From positions 1-42,461 of the forward strand of contig CAADVV010000370.1 of NCBI GenBank assembly GCA_900752535.1: a stretch of 42,461 bases of DNA, given 5' to 3'. This DNA is from Bacteroidales bacterium. GTDB lineage: Bacteria > Bacteroidota > Bacteroidia > Bacteroidales > Muribaculaceae. Under the pieces are notes generated by a model. It was not told the DNA's origin, made no database searches, and was given only the letters and a program-made list of their open reading frames with translations. How positions within the stretch are numbered: the first letter of the stretch is position 1; each line of letters begins with the position of its first letter. Shown here piece after piece: positions 35,859 to 42,461 of the stretch. A program made the translations under genes and the position numbers.

Positions 35859-36614
35859 ATGACAAAAATAATTGCAATTTTGAACCATAAGGGAGGAGTC
35901 GGAAAGACGACCACCACCATCAATCTGGCTGCGGCCCTGCAGCAGAAGAAAAAACGCGTGCTGGCTATCGACATGGACGGTCAGGCGAATCTCACGGAAT
36001 CCTTCGGCCTCTCCATTGAAGAGGAACAGACGGTGTACGGGGCGATGAAAGGTAAATACCCCTTGCCATTAGTTGAGACGGCAGGAGGTGTTACCGTCGT
36101 ACCGTCCTGTCTCGATCTCTCGGCTGCCGAGGCAGAACTCATCAACGAGCCGGGACGGGAACTGATATTGAACGGCCTGATTGGCAAATTGCTCGAAAGC
36201 CGGAAATTCGATTATATCCTTATCGACTGCCCGCCCTCGTTGGGATTGCTGACGCTGAATGCCCTTACCGCCGCAGACTATCTGATTATCCCGGTACAGG
36301 CACAGTTCCTCGCCATGCGTGGCATGGCCAAGATCATGAACGTGATTGCCACCGTCCAGGAACGCCTGAACCCGAAACTCGCTATCGGCGGCATTGTAAT
36401 TAACCACTTCGACAAACGCCAGACGCTGAACAAAAGTGTGGCCGAACTCGTCAAGGATTCATTCTGCGACAAAGTGTTCAAGACCGTTATACGGGATAAC
36501 GTATCTTTGGCCGAAGCCCCCATAAAGGGCAAGAACATCTTCGAGTATAGCAGGAACAGCAACGGAGCCAAGGATTACATGGCTCTGGCACAAGAGGTAT
36601 TGAAATTAAAATAA
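35859..36614 (+). CDS. parA: ParA/Soj-family partition ATPase
   Basis: Deviant Walker A KIIAILNHKGGVGKTTT and Walker B-like YILIDCPPSLG. Confidence 0.9.
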   Translation: MTKIIAILNHKGGVGKTTTTINLAAALQQKKKRVLAIDMDGQANLTESFGLSIEEEQTVYGAMKGKYPLPLVETAGGVTVVPSCLDLSAAEAELINEPGRELILNGLIGKLLESRKFDYILIDCPPSLGLLTLNALTAADYLIIPVQAQFLAMRGMAKIMNVIATVQERLNPKLAIGGIVINHFDKRQTLNKSVAELVKDSFCDKVFKTVIRDNVSLAEAPIKGKNIFEYSRNSNGAKDYMALAQEVLKLK

Positions 36615-36620
36615 CCCGAT

Positions 36621-36875
36621 ATGAGCAAGAGCGATTTACTGAAAGACAGCATGAAAGGTGGACTGGACGGATTGCTGTCACCCACGAAAAAGACTACCGG
36701 CGGAAAACAGCCGGTAGCAGCCCCCACGGAGAAAGAAACGGCGGTTCATTGCAACTTCGTCATCAACAAAAGCATTCATACCCGTATGAAATTCCTCGCC
36801 ATCAAGAAGAACATGTCGCTGAAAGACATCGTGAACGAGGCAATGAAAGAATATCTGGAAAAGAACGAACAGTAA
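36621..36875 (+). CDS. Small ParG/RHH-like DNA-binding partner of ParA (tentative)
   Basis: 84 aa, 6 nt after parA. Disordered basic N-terminus. C-terminal NFVINKSIHTRMKFLAIKKNMSLKDIVNEAMKEYL fits a strand-helix-helix pattern. Confidence 0.55.
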   Translation: MSKSDLLKDSMKGGLDGLLSPTKKTTGGKQPVAAPTEKETAVHCNFVINKSIHTRMKFLAIKKNMSLKDIVNEAMKEYLEKNEQ

Positions 36876-36879
36876 ACAG

Positions 36880-36932
36880 GCATGGCTGCCGCATCTGCCC
36901 ACCCCGGAGACGGTAGCCATGCGTCCTTTTTT
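36880..36932 (+). terminator. Intrinsic terminator after the parA unit
   Basis: GCATGGCT / AGCCATGC stem followed by GTCCTTTTTT. Confidence 0.55.
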
Positions 36933-37110
36933 ATCCGCCCGCTGTTTCCATAGGGCGCATTCCACCTTTATAGTCTTACTATCTTTTTCTTTTTACCTGC
37001 CCGCAAGTACAGGCACATTGCCCGTTTTATCCCTATTCTAACCCTGACGGGCATATCCCTTTTTTACCGATTCCTTTACCGCTTTCCCGGCTTCATTCTC
37101 TGCCGTCACC

Positions 37111-37320
37111 GTTGTGTTTTATCAGATGCAAAGGTCCGCTGTCGCGCTTGATACGGCGGCTTGAAGTGCATTTCCTGCAAATTCTTCCTTTCTACGAAAG
37201 AGTAATTGGCAGGAAAAGCCGTCGTATGAAGCTGTACCGACAGCCGTGTACCGCATCCGTAAAACCTCAAAGCGGTTCAGGCAGAGAAAGGAACCGAAAG
37301 GAGGGAAAGAAAAAACAACG
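37111..37320 (+). repeat. Leader element L5 (core copy)
   Basis: Same element as L3 and L4. Box spacing 175 nt. Ends 16 nt before the ATG at 37337. Confidence 0.85.
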
Positions 37321-37336
37321 TAAAATTGACAGCGAT

Positions 37337-37588
37337 ATGGATAAAATCAAATTGGTAGTTTATAACGAGTACGCACTGGGTTATATCATGCCCGAACAAC
37401 CCGACAAAGTTTGTACGTTGGTGGATAGGATAACGCTCGGCGCACCGTTTCGGACAATGAATGAACCCTATTTCATCGGGGAAAGAGATACCGTCAGACT
37501 GGCGGGCAGAAAGGACTTTGACACTTTTCGGGTAGTGTTCGACGGGTACGACAATCCGCAGGAGTACGAGTTTGACACCGCACAATAA
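37337..37588 (+). CDS. Small hypothetical protein (83 aa)
   Basis: The track ORF 37112..37588 was trimmed to the first ATG after the leader (MDKIKLVVYNEYALGY...). The upstream part of that ORF is repeat sequence. Confidence 0.55.
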   Translation: MDKIKLVVYNEYALGYIMPEQPDKVCTLVDRITLGAPFRTMNEPYFIGERDTVRLAGRKDFDTFRVVFDGYDNPQEYEFDTAQ

Positions 37589-37641
37589 AGACAATAGTAA
37601 TCAAACAATCTAATGTAATAACAAATTAAAATTTATGAATT

Positions 37642-39396
37642 ATGGAAACAGCGAACATTCAATCAGTAGTAGAGAACAACATCGTATCAGTTGCATTGAT
37701 GAATATTCAGCCGAGCAGTTATAACCCACGCAAGCACTTTGACGAGGCGAGCCTTGCCGAACTGGCCGAGAGCATTCGTCAGCAGGGAGTATTGCAACCT
37801 ATCGGCGTGCGCCCCATTGCGGACACCGACCGCTTCGAGATTGTTTTCGGAGAGCGCAGGTATCGTGCCGCCCTTATGGCAGAACTGACCGAAATTCCGG
37901 CTGTCATCTTGCATGTTTCGGACGAGACCGCCGCCGAAATGGCCGTGACGGAGAACCTGCAGCGCAAGGACGTTACCCCCATAGAGGAAGCCAACGCCTA
38001 CCAAAAACTTATGGAGAGCGGTCGCTATGATGTGCAGTCATTGGCCGAGCAGTTCGGCAAGAACGAGAACTATATCCGTACCCGTCTGAAATTCGTCTCT
38101 CTGATACCCGAAATCGCCGAACTTTTGGAAAAGGACGAAATTACAATCAGCGTGGCGAGTGAGATTTGCCGATACGGTACGGATATTCAGAAAGAGGTGT
38201 ACTACAAACATTTGAAAGACAGCGACAGCATGTTGTACGACTGTTGGCGAGGACTGAAAGCCGCCGAGGTGGCAAAGTTTATCGAACGGGATTTCACGAC
38301 AGACCTTAGCCGTTACGCATTCGACAAGACCTTGTGCGCCTCATGCCCCCACAATACCAACAACATGATGTTGTTCTGCGAGGGTGGTTGCGGAAATTGC
38401 GCCAACCGGAGTTGTCTGGCCGAAATGAACGCTTCCTATCTCGTGGAGAAAGCCGTGCAGTTCGTGGAACAATACCCCTCCGTATCGCTATGCTACCAAG
38501 ATTTCAACAACAACATGATTGCGGTGGAACGCCTTACCGCTATGGGGTACGAGGTCGAGCACCTAAATACCTATGCCACGCCATACCCCGAAACGCCGGT
38601 AGCTCCCGAAAAGGAAGAATACGACACTATCGAGGAATACGAGCAGGCATACAAGGAGTACGAGCAGGATTTCAGCAACTATATGGAAAAATGCAAGTCA
38701 ATCCATGAACGAATTGACACGGGCGAACTCACGTTTTATATTAGTATCGGACAGAAAGAAATTACGCTGTGTTACATGGCAAGTGCTGCCGCCAATGCGG
38801 ACATGGCTACCGAAAAACAACTCTCCCCGGTGGAAAAACTGGAGAAGCAGGACAAACGTAACAAGGAAATAGCCGTCGAGAAAACCGTTGCAGACGCTAA
38901 GAAACTGATTTTGGACGTTGATACGTCTGAAAGCAAATTCACGCAGGACGAAGAAAAGATGATATATTTCTTCCTGCTGTCGTCTCTCCGCAGGGAACAC
39001 TTCGGCGTATTCGGTATCGGGGAGAAAAAAGCCTACCAACACCTTGAGGACGAAGAAAAAATGAACATCATCGCCAATCTAACGGCCAAGCAGAAAGCCG
39101 TTATCCGCAGGGATTTCTTGATAGACAACTTCAAAGACGCATACGGCAATAACGCTGCTGCCACCCTCTTGCTTGATTTTGCCCGTAAGCACATGCCCGA
39201 CACGCTCGCCGAAATTGAAAGTGGATATAATGAGGTGTATGAGAAACGCCATAAACGTATCGAGGAACGCAAAGCCGCCTTGTTGGCAAAGGAACGGCAA
39301 ACGCAGCCCGAAGAAGCCGCCAAGGCAGAAAATACACAACCCACGGCAGAGGTACAACCCGAAGAACATACGCAAACCGAAGAGGTTGCAGCTTGA
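37642..39396 (+). CDS. parB: ParB/Spo0J-family N-terminal domain protein with Cys cluster and long acidic C-terminal region
   Basis: NPRKHFDEASLAELAESIRQQGVLQPIGVRP and FEIVFGERRYRAA (GERR box). Cluster CASCPHNTNNMMLFCEGGCGNCANRSC. Confidence 0.8.
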   Translation: METANIQSVVENNIVSVALMNIQPSSYNPRKHFDEASLAELAESIRQQGVLQPIGVRPIADTDRFEIVFGERRYRAALMAELTEIPAVILHVSDETAAEMAVTENLQRKDVTPIEEANAYQKLMESGRYDVQSLAEQFGKNENYIRTRLKFVSLIPEIAELLEKDEITISVASEICRYGTDIQKEVYYKHLKDSDSMLYDCWRGLKAAEVAKFIERDFTTDLSRYAFDKTLCASCPHNTNNMMLFCEGGCGNCANRSCLAEMNASYLVEKAVQFVEQYPSVSLCYQDFNNNMIAVERLTAMGYEVEHLNTYATPYPETPVAPEKEEYDTIEEYEQAYKEYEQDFSNYMEKCKSIHERIDTGELTFYISIGQKEITLCYMASAAANADMATEKQLSPVEKLEKQDKRNKEIAVEKTVADAKKLILDVDTSESKFTQDEEKMIYFFLLSSLRREHFGVFGIGEKKAYQHLEDEEKMNIIANLTAKQKAVIRRDFLIDNFKDAYGNNAAATLLLDFARKHMPDTLAEIESGYNEVYEKRHKRIEERKAALLAKERQTQPEEAAKAENTQPTAEVQPEEHTQTEEVAA

Positions 39397-39452
39397 CCAT
39401 AATTCAATAGCAGGACGGAGAAATCCGCCCTGCTGGTTTCTAAAAAGAGGTA

Positions 39453-39620
39453 ATGATGAAATGTAAGGACTGCAAACATTACAACGGTGCAACAATGCCC
39501 GGAGCAGGATTGTGCAATGCGACACAGGCACGTACCTTTGCCACGACGGTTTGTTTCAACGGATTGTTTTCTCCGAAAAAACGGAAAGACAAGCCGGATA
39601 GCAAGGCCGGAAAAAAATAG
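39453..39620 (+). CDS. Small Cys-containing protein (55 aa; below ORF-track cutoff)
   Basis: MMKCKDCKHYNGATMPGAGLCNATQARTFATTVCFNGLFSPKKRKDKPDSKAGKK. Preceded by AAAAAGAGG and followed at once by a strong terminator. Confidence 0.45.
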   Translation: MMKCKDCKHYNGATMPGAGLCNATQARTFATTVCFNGLFSPKKRKDKPDSKAGKK

Positions 39621-39635
39621 CGCAACGCTACAGGG

Positions 39636-39665
39636 AGATAGCCGCAGGAGCGGCTGTCTTTTTTA
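39636..39665 (+). terminator. Intrinsic terminator
   Basis: 10-bp stem AGATAGCCGC / GCGGCTGTCT with one G-T pair, loop AGGA, then TTTTT. Confidence 0.7.
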
Positions 39666-39750
39666 GCACTGCCGCCGGCAGATCTCCCTTTTTACCCCTT
39701 CGTTTTCCTTTTGTATGGAAATCCCTTCGCCGACGGCTCTGCCCGTCGGG

Positions 39751-40002
39751 ACATGCTTTTTCCGGTGCAAAGGTATTGCCTTGGAGGAACATTCAAGTAC
39801 CGCTACGCTATTTGAACACAATTTTTCAGCAGCTTTCCCGATTTTCAATCGTCCATATTTCGCGGACGCTCAATACCGCAGCTATAAAATTCTGCCCAAA
39901 TTCCTTGCCTGTTTCTCCCTGAAAGGCAATCTTTGATGCACGTAAAAATCAAATCCCGACGGGAGAAGCCTGAAGGCTTCCGAAAGGAGGGAAAAAATAA
40001 AC
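39751..40002 (+). repeat. Leader element L6 (divergent, longer copy)
   Basis: TTTTTCCGGTGCAAAGGT 5' box. Hairpin GAAGCC-TGAA-GGCTTC, then CGAAAGGAGGGAAAAAATAAAC 3' box. Spacing 222 nt. ATG at 40034. Confidence 0.55.
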
Positions 40003-40033
40003 GGATTGTTCAACTAATTAATGTTAAGATTTT

Positions 40034-40549
40034 ATGGAAATTCAATTTGCTATCGTGCGTTCCGAAAACAGAGACTATTTGTGCTACAAAGCAGGTGAAG
40101 CGTATGTAGATGCCAGTAACCCTATGATTGCCTTTGCCGCAGGCGAAGATGAATTTGAAATCGTAGAGCCGGACAGCTCTTTCAGGCAGAAAGAATACGA
40201 GTTCAGAGGCGAAAAGTATTATTTTGTACCAGAGTTTTACCGCAATGGTTGGTTAGCTCTCACCTTGGTAATGGTGGAAGATGAAGACGAATATATCGTA
40301 CTTTCCGTTAATTTGGAGGAAATGGACGCACTCGGTCTGCCGGACCGTACATTTATCGACGTCAATCATTACCCCGAAGCAATGGAGTTCTTGGTGAAAA
40401 ACGGACTGGCGACCGATTCCGAGTATAAGCGCAGGAGCGGATTCGTGGAATATCCGATGGCTATGCTGAACTTGCCGCTTCTTTATCAGCATAACCCGCA
40501 AATTTTTCAAAAAGCGAACATCGAGCCATTCGGAGAAGAATGTTTTTGA
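40034..40549 (+). CDS. Acidic hypothetical protein (DUF4313-like, tentative)
   Basis: 171 aa. By my count 33 D/E against 14 K/R. Confidence 0.6.
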   Translation: MEIQFAIVRSENRDYLCYKAGEAYVDASNPMIAFAAGEDEFEIVEPDSSFRQKEYEFRGEKYYFVPEFYRNGWLALTLVMVEDEDEYIVLSVNLEEMDALGLPDRTFIDVNHYPEAMEFLVKNGLATDSEYKRRSGFVEYPMAMLNLPLLYQHNPQIFQKANIEPFGEECF

Positions 40550-40608
40550 AAAAGGATTGTTCCACGAATAGAAAAGCATCGGGTTCCGAAAATTGAATGT
40601 ACAAGATG

Positions 40609-40634
40609 GCGTACCGATAACACAGTCGGTGCGC
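40609..40634 (+). terminator. Hairpin terminator candidate
   Basis: GCGTACCGA / TCGGTGCGC stem with one G-T pair, followed by a T-rich tract. Confidence 0.4.
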
Positions 40635-40790
40635 TATCTCCTTTGTCTTTATCGCCCGCCTTCGTCCTTTTATAGTCAGCCTCCCGAATACCCCGCCACC
40701 ACCTGTTTCCTTTTATAATTGCATTCTTTCCCTTTTGTAGCGGTATGAACCGCCTGTTCTTCCCATCCGGCTTTTCCGTCCCTCACCGCA

Positions 40791-40993
40791 CGGGTTTTAT
40801 CCGATGCGAAAGTCGGACGTCGCGCTTGATTCGCCGGCTTGAAGTGCACTTCTTGCAAATTCTTCCTTCCCAAATGAAGCGTAATTGGCAAGAAGAGCCG
40901 TCGTATGAAGCCGTGCCGACGACCGTGCATTGCATCTGTAAAACCTCGAAGCGATTCCGAAGGAAAGGAATCGAAAAAAGGGAAATAAATAAT
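40791..40993 (+). repeat. Leader element L7 (core copy)
   Basis: Same element as L3-L5 but with compensatory stem changes. Box spacing 174 nt. Ends 17 nt before the ATG at 41011. Confidence 0.85.
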
Positions 40994-41010
40994 CAATAAC
41001 TCACAAGATA

Positions 41011-41487
41011 ATGGGAAAATACGATTTTATCAAGACCGGGAATCTGCTTTATTGGCATGACCCGGACAACGGTTTGTCCGACGGGGCTTACCGAGTGATT
41101 TCTGCACCGGAAAACATGGAAGACGACAGCATTATTCTGATTTCGTCCGGTACTTCGGAAGCGGAGGTTTTGCCTTCGGAATTATCACCGATAAGCACGG
41201 GCAGAAGTCACAAAGAGGATTTTTTGCGCTGGAAAGCGGAACGTGAGGCAGAAGGCATGGAGTTTTACAATCGCCTTTCCGAAGTCATGGATACGGAGGA
41301 CGATTTGGCCGTAGGCGACATAGTGGCATTTACAAACGATTATGGAGTAGTATTCGGCCCTCAAGAGGTATTAGCTTTCAGGAAGCCTTGGAACGGTGAC
41401 AGATGCGTGTATCTTGACAGCGACGCCTATTGGTTTCCCGACCGTCCCGACCAGTTGACCCTCCTAAGCAAGAAAGGGGCGGAATGA
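41011..41487 (+). CDS. Acidic hypothetical protein
   Basis: 158-aa ORF directly after leader L7 and followed by a strong hairpin. Confidence 0.6.
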   Translation: MGKYDFIKTGNLLYWHDPDNGLSDGAYRVISAPENMEDDSIILISSGTSEAEVLPSELSPISTGRSHKEDFLRWKAEREAEGMEFYNRLSEVMDTEDDLAVGDIVAFTNDYGVVFGPQEVLAFRKPWNGDRCVYLDSDAYWFPDRPDQLTLLSKKGAE

Positions 41488-41495
41488 CAATGACA

Positions 41496-41524
41496 AACCC
41501 ACCCGCTTTTGTGGCGGGTGGGTT
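41496..41524. terminator. Bidirectional terminator between convergent genes
   Basis: AACCCACCCGC / GCGGGTGGGTT 11-bp stem with a 7-nt loop. Confidence 0.7.
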
Positions 41525-41551
41525 CATTTCCCCTGCATGAAATCCCGTCCT

Positions 41552-42461
41552 CTATTTTAATCGGTCTGCCCGGTTGTCGCTCACACAATCTATTCGTGCG
41601 GCGATTTCCTTTTCTATCGTTCCTATCCATTCCTCTCCGACACCGGCCTCCCGGCCGTATTCCGGGTAATGCGAGACGATACCTATGGCCTTTTCTATGA
41701 ACGGCTCTGCGGCCTTTATACCATACCGGCGGGCTACTTCCAGCAAATCCTCCGCTGCAATGCCCTCCGTTTTGTTGTTGACCGTCATGCTGTGGCGGTT
41801 TACATAGTACGGCGCGTCCGGATCGACCGAGAACGTGTAGTCGTAGGCCGGAGCAACGTGCCAACGCCCGTCATTGCCCATCAGGAAGCTGAAATTCTTG
41901 TTATGGTCATCGACGTTCCCGCCCAGAACGTTCAGCACCATCGAGCGGAACAGTTGCCGGAGTTCCCCCGGCGGCACGCCGATACGGCAAGCTGCCTCGA
42001 ACAGGGCTTCGTAAGAATCCGCCGAGGGGTTCATGGCCGCCAACGTTTGGATATGCACCTTATTGCCGTTCTGGCGGTCGAAACGCTCGGTCAGGAAGTG
42101 CGCTGTCTGCTCGCCTTCAAGCAGGCGGCTCGGCATCATCTGAAGCCCGGCGTCCACAGCCATCAGGTAATAGCTGTATTCTATCCGTGTCGTCGGCATC
42201 TTCTGGTGTTCGTCGAACTTGACGATCATCGGCGTGTAGCCCGGATAAGGGGGCGCCACCTGTCCGGAGTAACATTGTCCCTCCTCGAAATTGACGTTGA
42301 CCACTGCCTTGGGCCGTCGCCCTCCTGCGGAAGTACCCACCTTGAACAGGCTCTCGACCATCAAGTTGCCCGATACCGGGACGTTGAACCGTCCGGCTTC
42401 CTCGAAAGCCTGCCGGGCCAGTTGGTAGAGATCGGCGATCTCGACCTTGAACGGTGTCTCC
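41552..42461 (-). CDS. hipA: HipA-family kinase toxin, C-terminal portion (N-terminus beyond the window)
   Basis: VGTSAGGRRPKA and GGNVDDHNKNFSF motifs. The frame stays open upstream of the track start (…ETPFKVEIADLYQLARQAFEEAGRFNVPVSGNLMVES) to the window edge. Confidence 0.8.
   Translation of the reverse strand, partial: ETPFKVEIADLYQLARQAFEEAGRFNVPVSGNLMVESLFKVGTSAGGRRPKAVVNVNFEEGQCYSGQVAPPYPGYTPMIVKFDEHQKMPTTRIEYSYYLMAVDAGLQMMPSRLLEGEQTAHFLTERFDRQNGNKVHIQTLAAMNPSADSYEALFEAACRIGVPPGELRQLFRSMVLNVLGGNVDDHNKNFSFLMGNDGRWHVAPAYDYTFSVDPDAPYYVNRHSMTVNNKTEGIAAEDLLEVARRYGIKAAEPFIEKAIGIVSHYPEYGREAGVGEEWIGTIEKEIAARIDCVSDNRADRLK

Larger units (their letters stand above)
1..42461. mobile_element. Internal segment of a Bacteroidales-type conjugative/integrative element (backbone operons flanking accessory cargo); no ends, integrase or relaxase in window
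   Basis: Gene content: Toprim/primase-like, DUF4099-like, ssb, parA/parB, methylase-helicase fusion and M23 peptidases. Long co-oriented overlapping operons. Cargo blocks differ in base composition. Confidence 0.6.

Noticed and set aside
26861-40993. Whether the repeated elements could be a CRISPR array, a MITE or an IS family.
   Set aside because: The units are about 200 nt long and separated by whole genes of very different lengths, so this is not a CRISPR array. I saw no terminal inverted repeats, target-site duplications or transposase. All copies share one orientation and a fixed position relative to start codons, which argues against random transposition.

Overview
This window looks like about 42 kb of a Bacteroidales-type conjugative or integrative element. 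The evidence is TAnnTTTG promoter boxes, lipoprotein and SpI signal peptides, and typical CTn backbone genes. There are three parts. (1) 1-8346 is a tightly packed minus-strand backbone operon: M23 peptidase fragment, secreted and membrane orphan proteins, a PH-domain membrane protein, two tandem Toprim/primase-like paralogs and a DUF4099-like protein. (2) 8.4-26.6 kb is a compositionally mosaic cargo block. It holds an M23 peptidase, an outer-membrane barrel, an LRR lipoprotein and lipocalin-like proteins. It also holds a six-gene TonB-receptor/HmuY-like/duplicated 8-TM/PepSY operon, probably for iron or heme uptake. The block further contains a very Cys/His-rich secreted mini-protein, a membrane-anchored PRTase with a decayed paralog, a HigBA-like pair in an AT-rich islet and two GNATs. 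(3) 26.9-41.5 kb is a co-oriented plus-strand array: a 1658-aa methyltransferase-helicase fusion, a sigma-like factor, ssb, parA plus an RHH gene, parB and several small acidic orphan genes. A partial convergent hipA ends the window. The most unusual signal is in part 3. Seven co-oriented noncoding elements of about 200 nt each lie just 5' of a gene. They share terminal boxes at near-constant spacing, and three hairpins show compensatory substitutions between copies. Most of these genes are also closed by their own intrinsic terminator. I read this as a structured leader or single-strand-promoter-like module family in a leading-region-like gene set. No rRNA, tRNA, CRISPR array, integrase or relaxase was seen.
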